DNA of 64,000 nt from Lingula anatina (Eukaryota > Animalia > Brachiopoda), in assembly GCA_051362555.1 (NCBI GenBank), contig CM120647.1, positions 7,440,001-7,504,000 of the forward strand, read 5' to 3'. The notes beneath the pieces are model-generated. The model had not been told where the DNA came from and did not search any database. It worked only from the letters and a program-made list of their open reading frames with translations. A program made the translations under genes and the position numbers. Shown in pieces: positions 25,599-36,570 of the stretch; the first letter of the stretch is position 1; every line of letters begins with the position of its first letter.

Positions 25599-27571
25599 TT
25601 TCTTGGCCCAGTGTCGGCCAATTTCAGTCAGTATGGGGAATGCTATCAAAGCACTCAAGTGGCACATCAACCATACGCCAAGTGAGATGCCAGACCCGGA
25701 GGTGAGTTTTTTTTTTTTTTTTTTTTTTTTTCTTTCTTTTTTTATCTAAACAGTTTTAGCTAAAGCAACCCCGCATCCAGGGTCTTAAGACCACCAAGCC
25801 ATTTCTACCTATAATTTATTTCCAAACAACCCAAATTCATGTCTGATGGTGGTTATATAAAAGTTTTATATGTTTGCATGGCTGCCAGGTAAAAAACTTC
25901 TAGCTTACTGGCCATTCAGAGTACCAGAAGTCATATAATCTGCTGGCCCAAATCTGGATTCACTGGTCCAGATAAGAATTTCAATAAGACTGGATATTTA
26001 TGCCTGTTACATTAAAACTTGATTTTGACAAATATGACTTTTAAATAAGTTGATGTCTCTTATAGGTCTATAAAACCGTTTGGCATATTTGTCTTTGAGT
26101 CTTTAAGCTTGGGCAATTCATCTCTGCAAATGTGAGGAAAATTAAAGATTTGGATTTTTTCCCAAAAGAAATGTGAAGGAATTAATTGACGATTTCTTGC
26201 AAGAGAAGATACTTTTAGCTGGAGAAGCCATCTCTCTTACTGCTCTGCAGAAAATCCAAGATGGGGATGTCCTTCTAGTATTTGGTTGGTGACTGTTGAA
26301 CACTTTTTTTAGGTTATTTAGGTTATTTTTTAGTTTTTTTTTTCACTTTTTGAACAAACTTTTCTAAGTTGGGACAGTTATACTTATGGTGACAGTTTTA
26401 ATTATTTTCCAAATAGTGAAGCATATTCAGTTGAAAGATGTATGCTAAACATTTGCTTCTCTTTTAAGCTCTTCTTTGATCCGGAAGATACTCTGCGATG
26501 CACACTGCAAAGGAAGACAGTTTCGTGTTATCGTCGTTGATGGTCGTCCAAAGTTAGAAGTGCGAGAGGTGCTCCGTCGCTTTGTTCCTACGTGTTCCTA
26601 CGTTCTCGTCAATACAGCTTCTTACATTATGCAAGAGGCCAGTGAGAGGGGTGTTTCCAGGATTTGGGGTACGGGGAGTCCAAAATGTGGATCATTCTGT
26701 AATTTTCTCAATGATTTGTAGGGAGGCCAATCTAAGCTTGCCTTACCAATCAACCCCGAAATTCTGTAACCTGTCCAGCCAACTTTGAAAAGATAGGCTG
26801 TGGCAGATGGCTGTCTAAATGTCAACTGGAAAGCTCTCTTGGAAAAACCTTGTTTTAAACAAAAAATATACAGTGTTTCAATCAGTAATATGCACAACAT
26901 GTTAGCTTCAGCAATGCACATTGGGTCAACCAACACAATATCTCATCTTATAAAATGCACAATTAGTCAACCAACACAAAATGTAAACCAAAACAATACC
27001 TCAACTAACACAATGCACAATGTCTCCTTTAACACAGTGTTCTGTTCTTGGTAGAGGCAAGTGAACTTTGTTTAAGCCTGTGCTATGTACACTGGCTCAT
27101 CAAACACTGCTCACGACATTTTGGGACAATACAGAAATTATTTTATCTGTTTCAGTAAAATGTATTATGCCTTTGTTGAGAAATGATCATGGTTGTACAT
27201 TTAAATGCCTCACCTGACACAATATACAATGTTTTGTCTCAACCAACACGGTTCACACAGTCTCCTCAACGAAAATGATCATATTTCATATAGCACTGTG
27301 TTTTGTCTGACTTGACAATTCACTTTGAAGTACATATTTTATTTTATGTAATAGACAAAATAACACTATGATTTATTAAATTAATTCCAGGCTACGAAAG
27401 TCTTCTTAGGTGCTCACGCTTTGTTAGCCAAAGGTTACGTCATGGCCAGAGTGGGGACTTCCAAGATCTCACCCCTGGCTAAGGCGTTTAATGTGCTGGT
27501 CCTGTTATGTTGTGAGACCTACAAGTTCTGTGAGAGAGTAAAGACAGATTCGTTTGTTGCTAATGAATTAG
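25599..27571 (+). pseudogene. EIF2B4: eIF2B-delta pseudogene, copy 2 (central exons only: ~25599-25701, 26162-26288, 26470-26637, 27391-27571)
   Basis: [91 protein letters not shown]. 5' exons and last exon deleted; splice sites damaged (acceptor near 26160, donor GC at 26638). Confidence 0.9.
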
Positions 27572-27660
27572 GTGAGTTTTTTTTTTTCTTTGTCATTTTC
27601 TTTGCAATAAAAACACCAGTACAAATTACGTCTGATCCCTGCTTCTCTTAGCGCGTATAG

Positions 27661-28239
27661 TTAGAGAAAAAGTTTAAAAAACAAACATGCCAATGCCACA
27701 ACCAAATTAAGTACCCAAGGCACTTGACGGGCGCATCCCCTGCTACTTCTGCCTTTTCCAGAAGTATAAGTAGCCGCCAATGCTGCGTCGGAGACGTTCC
27801 CCGATGTGCGATTAAACACGACGCTTGCATCAAAAAGTATGTTGCCAATGGACAGCTGGCTGTCAATGTCTTGAATATAAGCCGCGACTCGATCTTCAAA
27901 TCGTTCGAACCAACGCAGGCCGTCAGGGATGCGGGGGACAGGTTTCGCCAGTTTAACTGGTACACGAACAAGGGTGTATTCTCCATGGAACGACGGGGTG
28001 CCGCATCCTTGTTTTAAGGCATCACTATACATCCCTTCGTGTAAGGGGTCGATGTAAAGCGAGGACTGGGTCGTGAATAAACTGATCGAGATGCATGCTT
28101 CAAACAAGACAACCAAGTCTTGCCAGCTTTGTTTTGGGGTAAGTTTCAGGGTAAGAATGAACTGCATGTTGACAAAGCCGGTCAAGGGTAAGAAACATCC
28201 CGGGTCATTCTCTTGGCATGAATGCTGTTGGCACGATTT
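27661..28239 (-). CDS. Gene 2 exon 3
   Basis: Intact tag acceptor, 579-nt open frame, two in-frame 6-nt deletions relative to genes 1 and 3, hydrophobic tail VPWVLNLVVALACLFFKLFL. Confidence 0.78.
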   Translation of the reverse strand, partial: KSCQQHSCQENDPGCFLPLTGFVNMQFILTLKLTPKQSWQDLVVLFEACISISLFTTQSSLYIDPLHEGMYSDALKQGCGTPSFHGEYTLVRVPVKLAKPVPRIPDGLRWFERFEDRVAAYIQDIDSQLSIGNILFDASVVFNRTSGNVSDAALAATYTSGKGRSSRGCARQVPWVLNLVVALACLFFKLFL

Positions 28240-28628
28240 CTAAAGACAAAAGTAAAAAATATGAATCAAAGAAATATCGTCAGCAATTAAAAAAACAAAC
28301 AATATAAATGCATTTTTTCCCGTTCTGATCTTTGAAAGACTTTTTTTATTGATGGCCATCAGAAAAGCGAAAACAAATCAAATTTAAAGGAGCCCGTAGC
28401 TATTTACGCTGTCAAAAGCATCTCACGGAAAACCGTATGCGATCTCATCGTACAGCGCCCGTGCCAAATATAATCTAGGTTTTTGTCAGGAAGCGGTAAA
28501 ATTATTATTTTTTATTTGTTTTAGTCATTTATGACATTCATCTATGAAAATATTTAAAGCATTAATTGTCCAAAAATTGTCGATTAAATCCATTTGTTTG
28601 GCGACTTAATAAACCCATGCTAAAATCA

Positions 28629-28910
28629 TGCAGAAGGATGCCTGCGACTTACTAAGACCGGGCTCAGATAAACCCCTCGTACTAGCTGGATTTTCACTAA
28701 AGTACATTCATTGTAATCAGCTTAATTATCTGACATGCCTCAACGAGTATAAGAATTTCCGGGCGGCGATGCCGATAGTTAATTAGCCCCTTGCTGGTAG
28801 AGTGCCCGTGTCAGACAATTAAGCTGATTAACTGCACTAAAGCGATAATCCCCACACAGTTGGATCGATCCAGCTAGTACGATGGGTTTATCTACAGGCA
28901 TTATACTGCC
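28629..28910. mobile_element. Imperfect foldback element in intron 2 of gene 2 (left arm also at ~15835-15970)
   Basis: gataaacccctcgtactagctggat / atccagctagtacgatgggtttatc and aatcagcttaattatctgaca / tgtcagacaattaagctgatt are inverted pairs. Confidence 0.6.
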
Positions 28911-29172
28911 AGTGCGAAGGGTTACTGACCCCCTTTAAGATTCGATTTTCTATTCACCGATCAGGAAGAAATAAACCTGAAATAAGAAATAATGCCTGTT
29001 CCCCTCTCCATTAATGACTGTTATTCTGTATTGAATTTTCCATGAAAATTCATTATTTGTTGCTTAAAGGTATAGCGCTCAATCTATTACCTTTAATAAA
29101 AAAAAAACATTGTAGACAACATATAAAATTGTAGCAAATTCCTTTTAACCACCAAAACGGTTATCGCAGTTA

Positions 29173-30494
29173 TGTGTGAGATATTACACTGTCACCCCCT
29201 CGCGATATATGCCATAAAACCTCGAGCGTCAGCGAGAGGTATTCATGGCATATATCGCGAGAGGGTGACAGTGTATTATTTGACATACATACCGAGAAAA
29301 ATACAGTCACTTCATTCTAAAAGACCCCTAAAACCGAATAAAGTGACCCTATATCACGCTCTAGAGATGTTATACGGAATAAACTCGTCCACGTGCGCTG
29401 GTCACCTCCCGCCAAATTCTTACGTAATGTCTGTCCAGTTTGGTCAATTTTGCTAAATACTTGTCATGGACGTCCAACTGGCTTAAAAAGTATTTAATCA
29501 ACCGTCGACACTGACCATGCGCGTCTCAGCTGAGCCACACCTAGCTGGGACTGTTGCGGAAAAAGGTCCCACGGCAAAACCTCTTCTTTTTAGTGAGTTT
29601 TCTGATAAACAAGGAGCGTCAAACTAATTTTTCACAAGTGCAAAGGAGAAAGAAATGTACTTTTTGGTGATATTTATGACAACGAGGCAGTTTCGGAATA
29701 TTGGCAAAGTTAGACGGATGTTTATTACAAGTTCACGGGAGTATTAATTCTAGTTTTTATTGTTATTTCTGACGACGAGACGGTTACGGAATATAGTAAA
29801 AAACAAGCGGATGTTTATTTCAAGTCCACAGGAGTAATATTTCTACGTTTTTTTACTACGAGGCGGTTTCGGAATATGCATGTGCTGGTTTTCATGGCAT
29901 TTATGTGCTACATGTAATAACAAGTTCAAAGGGGGAATAGATTTGATTATTACCGATATATTTGATAAAGAGAAAGAATGAACAGCTTAAAAGCAAAAGG
30001 TAAATAACACAACCCTCGTTAAAAAGTTGTAGACTTACAAATAATTTGTATGCACGTGTGGCTTAAATGTTAACTTATTCCCGTTTTCAAACCATAACCA
30101 TATGATATGACTTAGTGTTATAAAATTATAGATAATAATTGCTAAACGTGAAAAGTTTATGCTAATTTTTCAAGTGTGAGAGATTTTTAATTTGTTTACT
30201 GGTAGGCAACGTCACTTTTCTCTTGATGCCAAGAAGTTCACATGATCACTCTGTCTTTGGCTTTCAGCATTTAAGAGACCTCGACTGATTTAACCAAGAT
30301 GTAGTCGTGAAATTCTAGACTACATCGAGGTTAAATCCGAGTTTTCCGAGAGACGCTACGTAGAAATGTCGAGTGAAGCGAGATATTTTTGAGTAGCGGC
30401 TCGAGGTTGCCCTCGATCTTCACTGAAGCTTGGCTAAATGGACAGGCTTCAGTGATCAGCATATCGCCACGGTCATATAACATCCCTAGGTATG
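29173..30494. mobile_element. 1.3-kb hairpin-terminated non-autonomous element (Crypton- or Helentron-like) inserted in a MITE
   Basis: Absent at the orthologous gca[a/g]ttattct site in units A (16818) and C (~54998); long palindrome tacactgtcaccccctcgcgatatatgccat...atggcatatatcgcgagagggtgacagtgta at 29184-29275; inserted at TA. Confidence 0.65.
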
Positions 30495-30795
30495 TATTCT
30501 GAAATCTGTGCTTGCCGTCGGACCACTTGGACCTGTATGCATGGTTACCTTTCTTAATAGATTATCTTAATAGATTATTTTGTTTCTAAAAAATCACACT
30601 TTAAAGGAAAAAATTTAATTGACTAACTTTGAATGCCGAAAGTAATTCATTAAAATGGGAAAGTATGGGAAAATGGTCGGTTACCCCAGAAAAATTGTTT
30701 TTAAGGCATTTTCCTTTCCCCGCCAAATAAAGAGTTGTTATCCTTTTAAACAACTTGAGTATATTATAGTTTCATTCCAAACGCTCCATGCTTAC

Positions 30796-30887
30796 GTTGT
30801 GCTTATTTTCTTGACATGGCATTTCTTTCTGGAAGTCTATGACAGCGGAGAAACCAAGTGAATCTAATGTCTTGAGATCAATTGTCT
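30796..30887 (-). CDS. Gene 2 exon 2 (ETIDLKTLDSLGFSAVIDFQKEMPCQENKHN)
   Basis: 92 nt, intact cag acceptor and GTAAGC donor. Confidence 0.75.
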
Positions 30888-31560
30888 CTGAAAGAAGAAT
30901 ATACTGTTAGTGCTCTTTTCCGGTGAAACTATCGGTCTACGGATATCGATGCAACTTTGCAGGGACTCTCTCTGAATGCAACCAGATTAAAATATTTACT
31001 CTCCTCCTTTTGCTTCCGACGTACTAGTAAAATCACCAATTTTTCTGTATAATACTCTGGAGGAGGCGTGCAATCTTTTAAACTGATTGCATTCATCGAA
31101 AATTCCTGCGCAGTTGGATCGATCTATGTAGACCGACAGTTTCAATATGAACGAGTCCTTAGATAACCGCAGAGAGTCAGATATGATTCTTCTACGGATT
31201 TCCAAACAATGAAACGATGCAATATGTGAACTTATGTTTTATGAATTTAGCATAAGTAGGATAAATGTAGAAAGAACCTGGCCTGACTTTAAGATGAACG
31301 TATAAAGGCCAACTTTCGTACTTTTTCTTATAATAAACACAGAAAAAAATATCAAAAACGCGAATTTAGCCCCTTTTACCTTTAATAAGTAGACTGAATA
31401 TACACAGATAAAAAAAACAAAAAAAAAAAAAAAACGGACCATTACAAGCAATTTTAGGAGCATTTCTATAATTATAGACAGATCAAAATTCCAAAAACAT
31501 GGATTTAGCCCCCACCCCTAGTTTAAAATTAAGGCAAGGCCTATATCTTTTACGACATAC

Positions 31561-32783
31561 CGTTTCCATCACATTCTTCAATTTTTACCCCTATCACATT
31601 GGGCACTCGACACAGCCAACAAAAAAACGTTTCGTCCAAAGCCGTATCCGAAAACAGAGTGGTAATAGGTAATGGACACAGGCTTCGTCTGGCAAAGTGT
31701 GACTAGGTCTTTGTCAGCATAAAAATTGCATCGGTCGTCTTCTAGGCCTCTCACGGGGTCATGACTCCCCTCAGGACCGATGCAAGGACGCCCTGGATAA
31801 CGCTCCGGGGGTTCAAATAGCACCATACAATCGGGCAACGAGAATACCTTTTCCAGAACTCCCGACGAAGTTTTTGCATTTACAAACGTTTCAAATTGGG
31901 TATTTTCGCAGACTATTTTCGGCGTCCATGCTTGAAAATTCACAACGCCATGACAGGCGGCACAATAGATGTTCTTAAAAGTGATATTATGCTCTTTTGA
32001 CGAGACAGGTAGAAGAACATCCATTTTGCTAGAGAGGCCGTTAAACTCACACTTCGCCCTAACTGCTGCGTCGGCCCATTGCTGCGGACACGACTTAACG
32101 ACCCAGTAGTACTTGCTGTTAACGTCCAAAATTTCTCGAGTCCCCTGTAACCAACATTCCGCGTGATTTGGCTCAATAAAAATTACTGTTTTCTTTATGT
32201 CTCTGCAGTAACGATCGAGTGGCCAGCAACAATCATCAAAAATAGAACAAATGTCGTCACAGTAGCACGTTACCCGTACAACGTCAATGGAGACAACCCT
32301 TTTATTTGTTCTGCCCTCCCTAAGAACGCAAAATGGTCGATTAACGGGGTAAGTGAGCAGCAATTCGGCCAGCGGGCTTACTGTTGTTGATAAATCGACT
32401 GGATACAATGGCGATGAAATACCTGAACGATTCTCAACCCCTATCCCATTGAAAGATTCTGATGATGAATTGCTGTTGTGCCAGGAAAGGGTTCCAGTCA
32501 AAGTGAAGGTTTCATTTATTCCCTGAAATCCCTTCTTGCTTTCTGCGTTGTTCCTCCGAAAACGTTTTTTCACGTTTGACTTCTCGCTTTTGCTTGAGAT
32601 AAGTTTCTCTCCATCAGTTTCTGACACATTTTTGTGAGAATCTGTATCAGGTAAAGGTTTCCTATCTTCACCCAAAATTACCAGTGAAATACCATTTGCT
32701 CTTTTATTCATCAAGTTAGGTCGTAAAACATACTGGTTCCAGGTTATAAAGAAAATAACTAAACTAAATAATGGAAAGTTCAT
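31561..32783 (-). CDS. Surface-protein gene 2 exon 1 (one +1 frameshift in a T7 run at 31621-31627: pseudogene or consensus error; 630 aa if corrected)
   Basis: Clearly paralogous to gene 1; removing one T restores NVFCWLCRVPNVIGVKIEECDGN and the phase-1 donor G|GTATGT. Confidence 0.75.
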
Positions 32784-32834
32784 GTTGAACACTCTGTCTG
32801 TCTTTCTGACAGATCCTAGAATCCGCTGCGTTTG

Positions 32835-32861
32835 TCTCTCTCTCTCTCTCTCTCTCTCTCT
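32835..32861. repeat. (TC)n microsatellite upstream of gene 2
   Basis: Directly visible. Confidence 0.9.
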
Positions 32862-33394
32862 ACACATATATTATTCATATATATACCATGCAACCGGCTT
32901 GTTATTCATTTTGCTCAGTGCGCCCCTGGTCTCTCTTACACGTTAAAAAAGTAGCAGCTTCAGTCAATCAGGAGTTTTTTCTTTTAACTTTGATTTAAGA
33001 TTGATGTTTTCCCCAGGCGGGGCTTCTAACAGTAAGTAGACATTGCACCTTAGATCATTAAATGCAACAGCATGCGTTGCACGTTAACAAGACAATGACA
33101 GCATTTCTTTTTAAATTCAATTCAAATGTGCACGTTTTGATTGGTCTGTTTATGGAATATCACCATTGCCTGCTCTCTGCCTTTTTTAATTGTGAGGATG
33201 CTTCAATACTGACAAGTATATTTTTTTAACTGGTCAATCATACAGAGCAAAATACCTGATATCTAGAACACTTTTCCAGCCATTCCTATACGTGTATCAA
33301 GGACAGGGCTCATAAACAGATAAGGCCTCTCCTAACTCGAACCCCAGATTTGCGTGTACAAATGCTCAAATTTGCAAATCCAGCCACGACTTAA

Positions 33395-34426
33395 CCCTCA
33401 AGTGACCGAGTGGGGTCATTTACGACCCCAGCCATATGATTTAATGTGCCATCTCTTTATTTTTTATTCGAATTTTCTTTCCTTGCATGATTTTGTCAGT
33501 CTACTAATCCTACACACTTTCACAGTTTTTTGTAGGGATCAACCAATTAGTGTGGCGCATACAGCACAAACTCTTGTGGGGTCATTAATGACCCCAAAGA
33601 GAAGCATTGGTTTTTAAATATTAGTTTTTAAATTTAATTCAAATGTTTTGCCCATGCAACACTGACAGGAAAATGCCACATGCATGTACTTCATGCAACC
33701 AGCCAGTGTGTCCAAAACATAGGCACAAATAAGTGGTTTGTAAAGATTGTCCTTGAAGTGTTCCTAATAGTGCATCGCTGAATCTAATTTCAGTAGCTTT
33801 GTTGGAACTTGTTCTCATAACTGCGTCTCTCATTTTGACGGTTACAATTTTCGGGTATTTCGGAAATCAAAAGAATTCTGTCGATATCATTTTATACATA
33901 TATTAACAATGTGTTTGTGTTGATTTTGTTATATACACAGATTTGGTAGTAACATACATGTAGGTTGATTGAATGTGTTCTGAGTAGTATGACTTCCTTA
34001 CCGGCCTTTGGGTATTCCCTACTCAGCAAATCAGCTAATTATTCTTATTGAAGTCAGCAGGATGCTATCTCAACATAAGTCAAATTACTTTTACTCAAAG
34101 CAATTTTGTAATGTACTTCTTTCATTTAGTGTGGCAAATAAAAAGAGAAATGTTTCTGCAAGTGGAAATTGACAAGGACTGTCGAAATACCGGTGTAATG
34201 TTCTTAAAATCTGTGCTTGGTTATTTCATGCAATAAAAGTATTATTACCAAATACTTTTTTACATTAGATCATTATAAAATACTTGTCTTAAATCCTGGG
34301 AGTAGTATAGGTGTGATAAACCCTCAACAGCCTTTTATAATAAGGATCCCTGTATAGAACACAATGGGGTCATAGATGACCCCACTTGGTCATTCCCGTC
34401 AGTAAAATAGCTTGGTCTCTTGAGGG
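33395..34426 (-). mobile_element. Internally deleted piggyBac-like element
   Basis: TTAA|CCCTCAAGTGACCGAG ... CTTGGTCTCTTGAGGG|TTAA; subterminal ggggtcatNNNNgacccc palindromes at both ends; faint minus-strand transposase-like relics (YPKAGKEVILLRTH; Cys-rich end). Confidence 0.85.
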
Positions 34427-34430
34427 TTAA

Positions 34431-34800
34431 AGGATAAGAACTCTTCGTTTTTGGCGAAAAATGAATTTTCCTGGAGTAAACAACAATTTTCCCCTACTTA
34501 CCAATGGTTAATGAATCCATTTTTACATTCAAAGTTAGTCCTTGTTTCTTTTCTAAAAGGTTTTTTTTTTTTTTTGGTTATAATCTCTTAAGAGGTTATG
34601 ACCAAAAAAAAAAACTTTTAAGAGGTTATAACAGAGTATAGCCATCAGTGGAGGTCATGTGGTCTAAAACAATCTCAGATATCATAATAATAGCTATAAC
34701 TACCGTTTGTGTGGTAAAACAGAATATATTATATTTCTTTGAGTTGTTTACATTGTTTTTATCCTGAAATATAGATCTCATACGAAGAGTTATTATCCCT
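34431..34800. mobile_element. TTAA-flanked MITE (Kolobok-like) abutting the piggyBac element
   Basis: TTAA|AGGATAAG...TATTATCCCT|TTAA; homologous to 19637-19985. Confidence 0.7.
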
Positions 34801-36302
34801 TTAAGTACCCAATAAGTAAGGTTAAATAATGATAAAATAATAACACTTCAACGTACAATGACAACAATGCCAGTTTTTTTTTTTTTACGAAATATAACTT
34901 TCCTAGTTTGGTAAGGGCAGAAACAATAGTGTTGGCTGTGGGCAACAGGTACTCGCGCGTCTTGGTTTTACAAACACTATTGCTAGAATTTGATTTGTTG
35001 ACTATAGCCAAAGGTTTAATACCACCATACTTCTAACTTTTAATTGTACTTGTAACTTTTAATTGATCACTATCTCTGTTTATAAGCTTAGGTTTTTTAA
35101 TATTAAAAAACAGGCCATGAAAATTCGTCTTAATTCTTCGGACACCATATAGTTTTAAACGCTGCTACATCGAGGGTAACGCATTATCGATATTTTATAC
35201 AAACATGTTGGAGTTGTGAGTAAAAAAAATGCCGATAAACCAACCTTAGACGATTTAACTCATGATAATGCCCGTCCACGTGCAGGGAATCTTTGGTCAG
35301 TCCGTGCACTAGCAAGGATTTGAATGTGAATGTCAGAAAAAGAAGAAATTATTGTAGACTGCAGAATAAATCTAATAAAATGAAACTTGCGGTGAAATTG
35401 TTATATAAATTTGGAATTTCGATTTATTGAGTGTTCAGCAGATAGAGGTATCATCTGAAGTGGTACACAACAAAAGTACAAAATCGACAAGACAACGAAT
35501 GCACTTTTAAAGGGATAACAACTTTTGGTAAGACGTCTATATTTCACAATAAAAAACATTTTTTAAAAACTCACAAAAATATATTTAAAAATCTACTGCG
35601 GTTACCACGTTTTTTTTTTCTGGAATCTGTGCTTGCCATCGGACCACGTGACCTCCAAGGATGTAGTAGACATAGTAATTGATTATATTAAATGTGTTTT
35701 AAGAGGTATTATTAAACAGAGCCCATTTTTTATTTATCTATTTTTTTTTTTTTTTTGGGGGGGGGCGAACGGTAACTTTGTTACAGTTTAGAACTATGTT
35801 ACAACTAGTCACATTTCTAGTTTTTAGAGGGTTCCATTGGTGTGATTTTTATTCAGAATTCAAAGGCGGAATCAGGACCCTCCTGACACCCCTAAATCTG
35901 CCACTACAACTGTGAAAAATAGAAACAAATAAAAAATATATATATTGAAGGGTAATCAGGCCCGTAGCCAGCAGTTTCAAAAGGGTGGTTCTTATTCTGA
36001 AAAAAAATGGACCTTTTACAATGGACCTTTCGTGTACTTTCATCAAATATTTATCAAGAATGGACTTTTTCCAGGCAAAAAGGACGTTTCTTTCTAATCC
36101 CCCGAACCCTCCTGGCAACGGGCCTGGTAATGGATTTCCGTTATTTTATATTATATTCTTATCTGAAACGTTTTGCAGTCGCCGTCTGGACAATTACGCA
36201 TGGAAACATTAAACACTTGATATATAAATGCATTAATGCAACTATTCTGTGACAAATTTGTGTCACCATGGATATAAGCCATTACACTTTAATCTGGTTA
36301 TA

Positions 36303-36570
36303 CAGTGGCAGATTTAGAGGGGAGTTTAGCGGGGTCCTGACCCCCCCCCCCCCCCCTTCGATTTCCGAAAAAAAAATCACACCAATGATCCCTGCTTGAA
36401 ATTATAATCTTGACTAGCTGAATCATAGTTCTACAAAATGGCACTGTTCGCACTCTAAAATACCAATTTTTTCGGGTCCCTTAAGCGGCCCCCGAACCCC
36501 AAGCCAATGGGGGAGTGGGGTCGGCTTCGTATTTTCGGACCCCCTTCAAATAATCATGGATCCGCCCCTG
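36303..36570. mobile_element. MITE with CAG[T/G]GGC[A/G]GAT...ATCCGCCCCTG termini, TA flanks
   Basis: Orthologous copy at 59098-59378; partial at ~20870-20965. Confidence 0.6.

Larger units (their letters stand above)
19048..32794. repeat. Segmental duplication unit B (shortened by deletions)
   Basis: Same block order as unit A; eIF2B-delta copy lacks 5' and 3' exons; contains surface-protein gene 2. Confidence 0.9.

Noticed and set aside
30996-31205. 69-aa minus-strand ORF in intron 1 as an extra exon
   Set aside because: Homologous regions in genes 1 and 3 have stops or frameshifts; the 3-exon model already gives consistent phases.
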